Source: an uncultured Actinomycetota bacterium
Lineage (GTDB): Bacteria; Actinomycetota; Acidimicrobiia; Spongiisociales; UBA5794
DNA: 64,000 nucleotides
Direction of reading: 5' to 3'
Assembly (NCBI GenBank): GCA_963715255.1
Contig: CAVQRN010000002.1
Coordinates: 49,185-113,184, forward strand
Positions 10,297 to 19,787 of the stretch are shown here, one piece after another (position 1 is the stretch's first letter; the number at the start of each line of letters is the position of its first letter). Made by a program: the position numbers and the translations under genes. Below the pieces are notes generated by a model, which was not told the origin of the DNA, did no database searches, and saw nothing but the letters and a program-made list of their open reading frames with translations.

Positions 10297-11654
10297 ACGA
10301 GCCGCGCCGCGGCCATATGGTGCTTCTCGATCAAGACCGGCAGCTCAACACCGACCAGTTCTCCGTCCTTCACGACTGCCCGTCCATGCACGTAGTTCTG
10401 GTCGACACCAGTCGGCGCGACAAAGAGCACGGCGGCAACCGGATCGTGGAGCGCACCGGCATACTCCAAACGGTCGAGCGAGATGGCGATGAAGTCCGCT
10501 CCCTTTCCTGGCTCCAGCGAGCCGACATCGTCCCGCCCGAGGACCGCGGCCGAACCGCGGGTTGCGATCCGAAGTGCTTCTCGTGCCGTGAGCAACCGGC
10601 CGCCTTCGATCGACGGGGCGGCTGCCAGCCGCGCAAGCAGCATCGCCTGCCGGGCTTCGGCGATCAGGTGACTGCCATCGTTGCTCGCCGAGCCGTCCAC
10701 GCCGAGACCGAGTCGAACATTGGACGCCAAGTAGCGCCGGACCGGAGCGATGCCGGATGCGAGGCGCATGTTCGATGACGGACAGTGGGCTACTCCGGTC
10801 CCCGATTCGGAGAGTCTTTCAATCTCGGCGTCGTTGATGTAGATGCCGTGGGCATACCAAACGTCATTGCCAACCCATCCCAGGTCCTCCATGAGTTCGA
10901 CGGGGCGCCGCCCGAACGTCTCGATGCAGAACTGCTCCTCGTCGTGTGTCTCGGCGACGTGGGTGTGGAGATGGACGCCGTAGCGCCGGGCCAGTGCGGC
11001 GGATTCGCGCATCAGGCCCGCGGTCACGGAGAACGGTGAACACGGTGCGACGACGACGCGGGTCATGGCTCCGGGTGCCGGATCGTGGAACGCGTTGATC
11101 ACCCGTTCAGTGTCAAGAAGGATCGTCTCGTCGTCCTCAACCACCGAGTCGGGAGGCAGTCCCCCGTCGCTCTCACCGAGACTCATCGAACCTCTGGCGG
11201 CATGGAAACGCAGCCCAACCGCTGCTGCACCCGCGATCTGGTCGTCGAGGCTCGACCCATTCGGGAAGAGGTACTGGTGGTCAGACGAGGTCGTGCAGCC
11301 GGAGAGTGCCAATTCGGAGAGGGCGAGCTGTGTCGAGATTCTCACATCGTCCGGAGTGAGGCGTGCCCATATGGGATAGAGCGTGCGGAGCCAGTCGAAC
11401 AGGCCAACGTCCTGTGCGCCGGGCACGGCGCGGGTCAGCGTCTGATAGAAGTGATGGTGTGTGTTGATGAGTCCGGGAAGCACGACATGCCCGGAGAGGT
11501 CCACAACGTCGTCGGCCGTCTCGGGAAGCTCCGCGGTCGAGCCGACCTGTTCGATGAACCCGTCGACGGCGAAGAGGCCCCCGTCGCTGATCTCCGTTCC
11601 AGCGTCGTCCATGGTGGCGAGAACCTGCGCGTGCCGAACGAGAAGTGTGCTCAT
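10290..11654 (-). CDS. amidohydrolase superfamily (COG0402), guanine/8-oxoguanine deaminase-like
   Basis: HHHFYQT metal-binding motif and the remaining His/Asp ligands of the TIM-barrel amidohydrolase fold. Start MSTLLVRHAQ at 11654. Confidence 0.75.
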   Translation of the reverse strand: MSTLLVRHAQVLATMDDAGTEISDGGLFAVDGFIEQVGSTAELPETADDVVDLSGHVVLPGLINTHHHFYQTLTRAVPGAQDVGLFDWLRTLYPIWARLTPDDVRISTQLALSELALSGCTTSSDHQYLFPNGSSLDDQIAGAAAVGLRFHAARGSMSLGESDGGLPPDSVVEDDETILLDTERVINAFHDPAPGAMTRVVVAPCSPFSVTAGLMRESAALARRYGVHLHTHVAETHDEEQFCIETFGRRPVELMEDLGWVGNDVWYAHGIYINDAEIERLSESGTGVAHCPSSNMRLASGIAPVRRYLASNVRLGLGVDGSASNDGSHLIAEARQAMLLARLAAAPSIEGGRLLTAREALRIATRGSAAVLGRDDVGSLEPGKGADFIAISLDRLEYAGALHDPVAAVLFVAPTGVDQNYVHGRAVVKDGELVGVELPVLIEKHHMAAARLVG

Positions 11655-11756
11655 AGAGAACAATGTACCAACCCGACCGTGGTCGTCCGTCGGTAGTCGG
11701 GTCCCCGCTTCCTCGATACAATGGCGAGACGGGGTCGAAGAAGAGGAGCGACGAAC

Positions 11757-12497
11757 ATGATTACGCAGTACCACCGACCGCTCACGCTCGAAGAGGCGGT
11801 CGCGCTCACCGCACGACCCGATGCCGTGATCATCGCCGGAGGAACCTCCGTCAATGCCGACCCCGGCCGCAGGCCCGCCACCGCTGTTGACCTGCAAGCG
11901 CTCGACCTCGCAGGAATCGACACCGACGGCGAGTCCATCCGTATCGGTGCGACAACACGCCTCCAAGATCTCGTCGATTCGACACTCGTCCCTGTCGTGC
12001 TCCGCGATCTCGCCCGACGGGAAGCACCGAATACCATCCGCAATGCCGCAACGATTGGCGGAACGATCGGGGCCGTCGATGCAGAGAGCGAACTACTTGC
12101 CGGCCTGCTCGCGTTCGGATCGAGCGTAACGCTCGTGCGTGCCGGTTCGACGACCGAGCATGCTCTCGACGAGATCCTCGACGACCCGGCGCTGCTCAAC
12201 GGAGCCATCATGACCAGCGTATCCATCCCGTCCAACGGACTCGCCGCAGCCGATCGGACCGGTCGCACCCCCATGGATCGGCCGATCGTGATGGCCGTCG
12301 CACACCGGGACCACAAAGGGACCGTTCGGCTGGCCATGACCGGTGTCTTCACCCGCCCCGTTGTGGTCGATCCAGAGCAGATCTCCAGCCTTGATCCACC
12401 ATCCGACTTCCGGGGCTCGCCGGGCTACCGCAAGAACCTTGCCGAGGTACTCGCAGGCAGGGTCCTCGCCACCGTCACCGGAGGTGAACGAACATGA
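11757..12497 (+). CDS. FAD-binding molybdopterin dehydrogenase subunit, second copy
   Basis: AGGAG RBS before the ATG at 11757. IIAGGTSVN FAD motif. Overlaps the next gene by 4 bp. Confidence 0.75.
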   Translation: MITQYHRPLTLEEAVALTARPDAVIIAGGTSVNADPGRRPATAVDLQALDLAGIDTDGESIRIGATTRLQDLVDSTLVPVVLRDLARREAPNTIRNAATIGGTIGAVDAESELLAGLLAFGSSVTLVRAGSTTEHALDEILDDPALLNGAIMTSVSIPSNGLAAADRTGRTPMDRPIVMAVAHRDHKGTVRLAMTGVFTRPVVVDPEQISSLDPPSDFRGSPGYRKNLAEVLAGRVLATVTGGERT

Positions 12498-15388
12498 CGA
12501 TCACCCTCACGATCAACGGGACAAGGCGTTCTCTCCTCTGCGAGCCGCACGAATCTCTCCGCACCGTGCTCCGTCGGGCGGGTTATCACAGTGTTCGGTA
12601 CGGATCGGGAACCGGCGAGACGGGGGCGGCCGCAGTCCTCGTTGACGGCCGCCTCATCTCTGCCGATGTCATGCTCGCCGCACAGGCCGACGGTCATGAC
12701 GTCGAGACGGTCGAAGGCCTGAGCGCGCCAGGCACGCTCCACCCGATCCAGGAAGCGTTCATCGAGACCGGGGCAATTCAGTCGGGCTACTCAACACCTG
12801 CCACGATCCTGGCGGCGAAAGCCCTCATCGACCGGAATCCCGACCCGACGGAGAACGAAGTCCGTGACGCTCTCTCCGGAATCCTCGACAGAGAGACCGG
12901 CTACCTCCGACCGGTCCATGCGGTCCTCCGCGCCGCTGCGGTGTTGCGCGGTGAAACGCCGGAGAGCATCGACGTGGTCTCCCTCGACGCTCTCGTCGGC
13001 ACCGACGGCCAACACGCCGGCACGGACGGCATCAGCGTCATCGCCCCGCGTGTCGTCCCGAGTTCCGACGTCCCCGAAACTCGCGTCGTCGGCAAGCCCG
13101 AGACGAAGGTTGATGCACTCAAACTGGCGAAAGGCAATCCTGCGTTCACCGACGACGTCGATCTGACCGGAATGCTGATCGCAAAGGTGCTCTACAGCCC
13201 CCACGCTCATGCCAGGATCGTTGCCATCGACGATTCGGAAGCGCGGGCGCTGCCCGGCGTTCACGCCGTGCTCCATCACGGCAATGTCTCCCGAGTGCGG
13301 TACGCGTCGGGCGGTCAGAGCTACCCGAATCCGCTCCCCTATGACCAGGTCAGTTTCGACAACAAGGTCCGTTTCGTTGGTGACCGCGTCGCTGCCGTCG
13401 CCGCCGACACCGAGGAGATCGCCCTTGCGGCCGTCGCCTTGATCGATGTCACCTACGAGGTGCTCCCTGCCGTCTTCGATGAGAACGATGCGATCCTCGA
13501 CGGTGCGCCGGTGATCCACGATGAAGCCGACATGGAGGGGGCGCACGACGCCTCCCACAACCTTGTCCATCACATCCAAGCCCAGACCGGCGACGTTGCA
13601 GACGGGTTCGCGAGCGCCGACCGCGTCTTCCAACACACGTCGCGCGTCCACCAGGTCCAGCAGGCACCGATCGAACCACACATTGCGATCTCGGCCTGGG
13701 ACAGCGACGAGCGGCTCGTCATCACATCATCGACCCAGGTGCCCTTCCACGTCCGACGGATGGTCGCTCCGCTGCTCGGGTTGCCGGTGAAGAAGATCCG
13801 AATCATCAAGCCGCGCATCGGCGGCGGTTTCGGCGTCAAACAAGAGATGTTGATCGAGGACATCGTCGGCCACCTCACGATCGTGACCGGCCGTCCGGTT
13901 CGGCTTGAACTCACCCGCGAGGAGGAGTTCATCTCGAGCCGGACCCGACATCCGCAAACGATCACGTTCAAGACCGGCGTCGACGCAAGAGGCAAACTGA
14001 CCGCCCAAGAGATGCGCGTCGTCGCCAACACCGGCGCCTACGGAACCCACGGCCTCACGGTGCAGATGGTGACCGGCCTCCGGGGACTCAGTTCCTACAA
14101 CTCCCCGCTGAAGCGATTCGATTGCAGGGTCGCATACACGAACATCCCAGTCCCAGGGGCCTACCGCGGGTACGGGGCTCCACAGGCGCTCTACGCCCTG
14201 GAGACTCACATGGAGGACATTGCCGACGAACTCGGCATGGACGCAATCGAATTCCGCCGACTGAACTGGACCGGCGTCGGCGACCCGCTCGACATCGCCC
14301 CTCAACTCGGTGAGGGCGACCAGGATGCCAGCGTGATGCCGGTCGTGACATCGAGCGGTCTCGAGGAAGCCGTCGCTCAGGGACAGCGGGCAATCGGATG
14401 GAACCGACGAACCGACGCAGAGTGGCATCGGCCCGCCGACCGACCGAACATCCGCCGGGGCCTCGGATTTGCGATGGCGATGCACGGCACCGCGATCCCC
14501 GGCCTCGACATGGGTGGTGCGAGCCTCAAGATCAACGACGACGGTTCATTCAACTTGCTGGTTGGCGCCACCGATCTTGGAACCGGGTCGGACACGGTGC
14601 TGGCGCAGATCGCTGCGGAAGTGGTCGGTGTACGAACCGATGACATCATCGTCTACTCATCCGACACCGACATGACTCCATTCGATGTTGGTGCGTATGC
14701 GTCGAGCACGACCTACATCTCGGGGATGGCCACCAAACGCGTGGCCGAACAGGTTCGTAGTCAGATCATCGAACGCGCGGCCCTCATGCTCGGCGTCGAA
14801 GGGGACTCGATCGATCTCTACGACGGGTCGGCATGGTCGACCGACGGGCAATCGGTGACGCTTGAGAAGATCGCACTATCCACGCTCCACCAGGAGGGCC
14901 AGCATCAGATCATGGCGGACGCGTCCTACGTCTCGCCGGAGTCGCCTCCACCATATGCGGCCCAGTTCGCTGAGGTCGAGGTTGACATCGAGACGGGGCA
15001 GGTGACCGTCAATCAACTCGTGATGGCGGTCGACTGTGGCGTCCCGATCAACCCGGTCACGGCGTCCGGGCAGGTCGAAGGCGGGATGGTGCAGGCCCTT
15101 GGGTACGGGCACTGCGAGGAGATGGTGTACGACCAGGACGGACGGATGCTCAATCCGCAGTTCGGCCCGTACAAGATCTACCGCGCCGACGAGATGCCAC
15201 GACTCGAGGCGATTCTGGTACAGACGATGGAACCGAGTGGTCCCTTCGGAGCCAAGGCAATCGCCGAGATCCCGAAGGACGCCGTCGCCCCTGCCATCAG
15301 GAACGCGATCGTAGACGCAACCGGTGTTCGGATCGCCAACATCCCGTTCACACCGGAACGCGTCTGGAACGCGCTGCAGCAAGCGTGA
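12494..15388 (+). CDS. fused ferredoxin-like (cysteine-less) and molybdopterin-binding subunit of a xanthine dehydrogenase family enzyme
   Basis: The N-terminal 150 aa align to CoxS but all eight Fe-S cysteines are replaced (YGSGTGETGAAAV; SGYSTPA; DRETGY). About 800 aa follow with the Mo-binding large subunit fold. Confidence 0.8.
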   Translation: MTITLTINGTRRSLLCEPHESLRTVLRRAGYHSVRYGSGTGETGAAAVLVDGRLISADVMLAAQADGHDVETVEGLSAPGTLHPIQEAFIETGAIQSGYSTPATILAAKALIDRNPDPTENEVRDALSGILDRETGYLRPVHAVLRAAAVLRGETPESIDVVSLDALVGTDGQHAGTDGISVIAPRVVPSSDVPETRVVGKPETKVDALKLAKGNPAFTDDVDLTGMLIAKVLYSPHAHARIVAIDDSEARALPGVHAVLHHGNVSRVRYASGGQSYPNPLPYDQVSFDNKVRFVGDRVAAVAADTEEIALAAVALIDVTYEVLPAVFDENDAILDGAPVIHDEADMEGAHDASHNLVHHIQAQTGDVADGFASADRVFQHTSRVHQVQQAPIEPHIAISAWDSDERLVITSSTQVPFHVRRMVAPLLGLPVKKIRIIKPRIGGGFGVKQEMLIEDIVGHLTIVTGRPVRLELTREEEFISSRTRHPQTITFKTGVDARGKLTAQEMRVVANTGAYGTHGLTVQMVTGLRGLSSYNSPLKRFDCRVAYTNIPVPGAYRGYGAPQALYALETHMEDIADELGMDAIEFRRLNWTGVGDPLDIAPQLGEGDQDASVMPVVTSSGLEEAVAQGQRAIGWNRRTDAEWHRPADRPNIRRGLGFAMAMHGTAIPGLDMGGASLKINDDGSFNLLVGATDLGTGSDTVLAQIAAEVVGVRTDDIIVYSSDTDMTPFDVGAYASSTTYISGMATKRVAEQVRSQIIERAALMLGVEGDSIDLYDGSAWSTDGQSVTLEKIALSTLHQEGQHQIMADASYVSPESPPPYAAQFAEVEVDIETGQVTVNQLVMAVDCGVPINPVTASGQVEGGMVQALGYGHCEEMVYDQDGRMLNPQFGPYKIYRADEMPRLEAILVQTMEPSGPFGAKAIAEIPKDAVAPAIRNAIVDATGVRIANIPFTPERVWNALQQA

Positions 15389-16176
15389 ACACGATTGGTC
15401 CCCGGGACATCCTGGCGGAGTTGACCGCCGCCGCCGATGGTGGACGACCGGTCGTGCTCGCCACCATCGTCGGAACCGAGCGGTCGGTCCCCCGGCACGC
15501 GGGCGCCAAGATGGTCGTGCACGCGGATGGGACCACAGTCGGGACGATCGGTGGTGGCGAGGTCGAAGCCCTTGTTCGCGACGAAGCCCTGGCCGTGCTG
15601 AAGGATCGAAGCCCTCGCCTCCGCAGCTTCACGCTCAACGATCCTGAGCAAGGCGACCCCGGTATCTGCGGGGGCACAATGACCGTCTATCTGGAGCCAT
15701 ATATGACCCCGCGCACCGTGTACGTCATCGGAGCCGGTCACGTCGGTCGCTCCGTCGTCGACCTCGCCGACTGGCTCGGGTACCGCACCGTCGTCGTCGA
15801 CGACCGGGCCGACCTCGTGACCGAGGAGGCCATGCCGAATGCCGGCGTCCGCTTCACGGGCTCCGTGAAGGACGCCCTCGCTGAGCACCCTGCAGATGAA
15901 ACCACCGCCGTCGTCGTCGTGACGAGGAGTCACGAGCTCGACGCCCAGATTCTGCCGATCCTCCTCGAAACGTCCGCTCCCTACATCGGTGTGATGGGTA
16001 GCAAACGCCGGTGGGCAACGACCCGGGAAGCACTGGTCGAATCGGGCACGTCCGCCGAGGCGCTTGGCCGGGTCCACGTTCCGATCGGCCTCAGCATTGG
16101 TGCCGAGACCGTCGAGGAGATCGCTGTGTCGATCATGTCCGAGATCATCGAGTCGGCTGCGGCGAGCAACGGGTGA
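15385..16176 (+). CDS. xdhC: XdhC/CoxI family molybdenum hydroxylase maturation factor
   Basis: XdhC N-terminal domain (VVLATIVGTERSVPRHAGAKMVV) and Rossmann-like C-terminal domain. 4-bp overlaps on both sides. Confidence 0.8.
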   Translation: MNTIGPRDILAELTAAADGGRPVVLATIVGTERSVPRHAGAKMVVHADGTTVGTIGGGEVEALVRDEALAVLKDRSPRLRSFTLNDPEQGDPGICGGTMTVYLEPYMTPRTVYVIGAGHVGRSVVDLADWLGYRTVVVDDRADLVTEEAMPNAGVRFTGSVKDALAEHPADETTAVVVVTRSHELDAQILPILLETSAPYIGVMGSKRRWATTREALVESGTSAEALGRVHVPIGLSIGAETVEEIAVSIMSEIIESAAASNG

Positions 16177-16979
16177 TCGACTTCTCCGACCATCTCGTCG
16201 TCGTCCGCGGCGGCGGCGACCTCGGGTCCGGTGTCATTTGGCGTCTGGCTCGGGTTGGTTTCCCCGTCGTCGTCCTCGAACTCGAGCGTCCTCTGACGGT
16301 GCGGCGCACCGTTGCTTTCTCGTCGGCCGTCGACCAGGGACGCGTCGTGATCGACGGCATCGAGGGCGTCTTGGTCTCCTCGGCCGAAACGGCCATCGAG
16401 ACCGCCGAGAGGGGCGCTGTGCCGGTTCTCGTGTCCCCCGACGTCCCTGTGCTTCCCATGCCGATCTCAACGCTCGTCGATGCCCGACTTGCCAAACAGG
16501 TACTCGACACGACCATCGACCGGGCACCGTTCGTCGTTGGACTCGGCCCCGGGTTCGTCGCGGGTCGCGATTGCGATGCGGTCATCGAGACGATGCGCGG
16601 CCACCGACTCGGTCGGGTCATCTGGGACGGACCGGCAGCACCGAACACCGGCGTCCCCGGCGAGATCGGTGGCGCATCCGGAGATCGTGTGCTCCGGGCG
16701 GAAACTGACGGTGAGCTCCGGTGGAACGTCTCCTTCGGTGACCGCGTCGAACCGGGCCGGCTGCTCGGCACCATCGAGGGCACTCCGGTGAAGGCGAAGA
16801 CCGGGGGAACGGTGCGCGGCCTGATCCAGCCGGGACCCGTCGAGATCGGTCTCAAGATCGGCGACGTTGACCCCCGATTCGATCCAGATGCCATTCATCA
16901 GATCTCCGACAAAGCACTCTCGATCGGCGGCGCCGTGCTCGAAGCCATCCTCGTCCGGGCGGGCGGCGCCGGAAGATGA
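16173..16979 (+). CDS. yqeB: selenium-dependent molybdenum hydroxylase system protein, YqeB family
   Basis: GTG start overlapping the xdhC stop. N-terminal LVVVRGGGDLGSGVIWRLARVGFPVVVLE matches the YqeB family N-terminal region as I recall it. Confidence 0.7.
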   Translation: MIDFSDHLVVVRGGGDLGSGVIWRLARVGFPVVVLELERPLTVRRTVAFSSAVDQGRVVIDGIEGVLVSSAETAIETAERGAVPVLVSPDVPVLPMPISTLVDARLAKQVLDTTIDRAPFVVGLGPGFVAGRDCDAVIETMRGHRLGRVIWDGPAAPNTGVPGEIGGASGDRVLRAETDGELRWNVSFGDRVEPGRLLGTIEGTPVKAKTGGTVRGLIQPGPVEIGLKIGDVDPRFDPDAIHQISDKALSIGGAVLEAILVRAGGAGR

Positions 16980-17692
16980 CGGCACCGCTGAGAGATCGCT
17001 TCGGTATCGGCTCGCGCGAGCTCGTCTCGATCGTCGGTGCAGGCGGCAAGTCCACGATCCTCTTCGCTCTCGGGCGCGAGCTTGCCGGCTCGTCGGGTCG
17101 GGTCGTTCTCACGACGACAACGAAGATGGCAATCGACCAAGTCACCGAGCCGATCTGTTGGTCGGATGACCCGGCCGTTGTCGAGGCGGCACTCGTTCCG
17201 GGGCATCCGGTGTTCGTGGCGATGGGCCGGATCCCCGGCAAGGTCACCGGCCCTTCACCGGAGGCTGTCGATCGCCTCTTCTCCGAGACGACGGCCCAGT
17301 ACATCCTGGTCGAAGCCGACGGGGCTCGGTCGATGTCGATCAAGGCGCCGGCCGATCACGAGCCGGCAATCCCAAGTAACTCGACCACGGTGATCGTGGT
17401 CGCCGGCATCGATGCCACCGGCCGGCCAATCTCCGAGGTAGCGCATCGCCCCGATCTCGTCGCGAGGATCACAGGTATTGGAGCAGACGACGTCTTGACC
17501 ATCGAGGGCGCCGCTTCCGTCCTTCTCCACCGGAGTGGCGGCCTGAAGGGAATCCCAGATGCCGCACGAGTGGTGATGGCGATCACAAAAGTGACCCCGG
17601 ACGACGAACAAGGAGCGAACCAGTTGGCGGCAATCCTCGAACGCCACCCAAGGACCGACATGACGATCAAATTGGGGACTTCTCAGCTTTGA
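16976..17692 (+). CDS. yqeC: selenium-dependent hydroxylase accessory protein YqeC
   Basis: LVSIVGAGGKSTILFALGREL...VVLTTTTKM P-loop signature, as I recall for the YqeC family. 4-bp overlap with yqeB. Confidence 0.7.
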   Translation: MTAPLRDRFGIGSRELVSIVGAGGKSTILFALGRELAGSSGRVVLTTTTKMAIDQVTEPICWSDDPAVVEAALVPGHPVFVAMGRIPGKVTGPSPEAVDRLFSETTAQYILVEADGARSMSIKAPADHEPAIPSNSTTVIVVAGIDATGRPISEVAHRPDLVARITGIGADDVLTIEGAASVLLHRSGGLKGIPDAARVVMAITKVTPDDEQGANQLAAILERHPRTDMTIKLGTSQL

Positions 17693-17740
17693 GCGGGCCC
17701 GCCGAGGGAGAACACCTGCTCCGCTACTCCGGCACTCCCC

Positions 17741-19143
17741 TACCCGACCACTGATTCCGGCAGCAACGCATTCGTTCCACGATGCAGATACTCCCCGCGC
17801 CCGGGTTCGCCGACGAATTCACCGAGATCGACGATGACCTCTCCGCGCAGCATGACGGTCTCGACGCGGCCACCGATCTCCGCACCCTCGAAGACCGAGT
17901 AATCGAGATTCATCGAATGCGTCGCTGCAGACAGTGTGTGTGATGCGGCAGGGTCGTAGATGACGACGTCGGCGTCGGACCCGGGAGCGATACGTGCCCT
18001 TCTTCGGGTAGATCCCGGACAGCTTGGCAGGCGTCTCCGCGGTTACTTCGATCCACCTGGTGAGTGGAATCCAGCCTTCCACGACACCCTGGTAGACGAG
18101 ATCCACTCGGTGCTCGACAACGCCGAGGCCGTTCGGGATCTTGCGGAAGTCTCCCCGCCCCGCCTCCTTCTGCTTCCACGTGAACGGGCAGTGGTCGGTG
18201 GCGACCGCGTCGATCCTGCCGGTCGAGACCCCGGACCACAGCGCCGCTTGGTGTCCTTCACTGCGACGCCGCAGCGGTGGCGAACAGACGAACTTCGCTG
18301 CCTCGAATCCCTCGGGGAGGTCCTCCTGGGCGAGCCAGAGGTACTGGGGACAGGTTTCGGTGAAGACGGGCAGGCCCCGATCACGAGCGACGACGGCCTC
18401 AGCGAATGCATCCTGCGAAGAGATGTGCACGATCACAAGAGCGCATCCCACGATTTCCGCGAGTGCGGCAACACGATGGACGGCTTCGGCCTCCATCGAG
18501 GCCGGTCGGGTCAGCAGGTGGTAGATCGGATCGGTCTCGCCTCGGGCAATGGCCTGATCCCGAAGGGCGTCGATGGCGATTCCGTTCTCGGCATGCATCA
18601 TGATCGTGGCGCCGATCGAGGCAGCGACCTGCATCGCTTCGAGGATCTGCCGATCGTCAGACAGATTCACGCCCGGGTACACGGTGAAGAGCTTGAAGGT
18701 GGTGACCCCCGCATGCATCATCTCGGCGAATTCGCCGAGCGTGCCTTCATGGACGTCGGTGACCATCATGTGGAATCCGTAGTCGATGAACGACTTCCCC
18801 TCGGCGCGATCCATCCATTCGGCGAGTCCGTCTTTGAGCGTTCCTCCCCGTGTCTGGCCGGCGTAGTCGACGATCGTCGTTGTCCCACCGATAGCAGCAG
18901 CCCTCGTGCCCGTCTCATACGTATCTGCCGACGACGTCCCAGAGACCGGCAACTCCATGTGCGTATGCATGTCGACGCCGCCGGGAATCACGTACCGTCC
19001 GGTGGCGTCGATCACTCGGTCGAATTCGTCTCCCGCTGCGCCGGGTTCGACGACACCGACGATGCGCTCTCCCTCGACGACGACATCTGCCTCCGTCGCC
19101 ACGGCACCCGTCACGACCGTTCCGTTACTGATGAGTGTTCGCA
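17741..19143 (-). CDS. dihydropyrimidinase/D-hydantoinase (cyclic amidohydrolase); apparent +1 insertion frameshift near 18003
   Basis: DMHTHME metal site, carboxylated-Lys region and DHCPF motif. After ...PAKLSGIYPKKGT the frame switches. The alternative frame gives the expected IAPGSDADVVIYDP...LRGEVIVD C-terminus. Start MRTLISNG at 19143. Confidence 0.75.
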
Positions 19144-19269
19144 TGGTCCCATCATGGTCGATGACGCGGCGGTGCACGAGTAGGGGCCGAAGGTCGCAAC
19201 ACCGCATCTCTGTGGCAGCGTAGGAGTTGTTGAGTAGTGCGATTGCCCAGATCGGCTTACGATCGGTCC

Positions 19270-19600
19270 CCCCGGCCGCGTCTTCTTCCTCCCCCTCAGG
19301 GGGAGGTGCCGCCCGTAGGGCGGCCGAGGGGGTCAAAGAGTCCCGTTGTGCGAACCGCGAACCATACAACGGTCCCCTCGGCGTCTTGTTCTTCCTCCCC
19401 CTCAGGGGGAGGTGCCGCCCGCAGGGCGGCCGGAAGGGGGTCGAAGGGGTTCCGATTCGCGAATCGCGAACCATACAACGGTCCCCTCGGCCGTAGGCCG
19501 GGGGGACGCGGAGCGAAGCGACGCAGGGGGGCGTCTTCTTCTTCCTCCCCCTCAGGGGGAGGTGCCGCCCGCAAGGCGGCGGTGGGGGTCGGACCGTGAC
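19270..19600. repeat. imperfect tandem repeat (units about 105-145 bp, about 2.6 copies). Each unit carries two adjacent perfect GC-rich hairpins: CCTCCCCCTCAGGGGGAGG and GCCGCCCGYAGGGCGGC
   Basis: Three copies of TTCTTCCTCCCCCTCAGGGGGAGGTGCCGCCCG-AGGGCGGC start near 19281, 19389 and 19535. Two copies of CGCGAACCATACAACGGTCCCCTCGGC are interleaved. Sits in the divergent region between the dihydropyrimidinase and DUF222-HNH genes. Confidence 0.75.
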
Positions 19601-19787
19601 CGGTGTGGGACCCCCGCCAGGGCTCCTCAGACTTCTTCGGCAACCCTGCTGTGTGAGCCGGTTTCTTGTCTTACCTGGTTGATACGTTGCGCATATGGAC
19701 ACGACAGACGACTCTGACGATGGATGCGATCGAACAGTCCCTCGCCGACGGCGAGGCGACGATCGCTGAGGGTCCGCGCGGTCTCAG

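Noticed and set aside
16011-16172. Upstream ATG start (16011) for the YqeB-family gene
   Set aside because: It would overlap xdhC by 165 bp and its translation is Arg/Pro junk. A GTG at 16173 overlapping the xdhC stop gives the conserved N-terminus.
19270-19600. CRISPR array
   Set aside because: Only about 3 repeat copies, irregular spacing (105 and 145 bp), and interleaved second repeats that recur, so they are not unique spacers. No cas genes nearby. It is a tandem duplication of hairpin modules.
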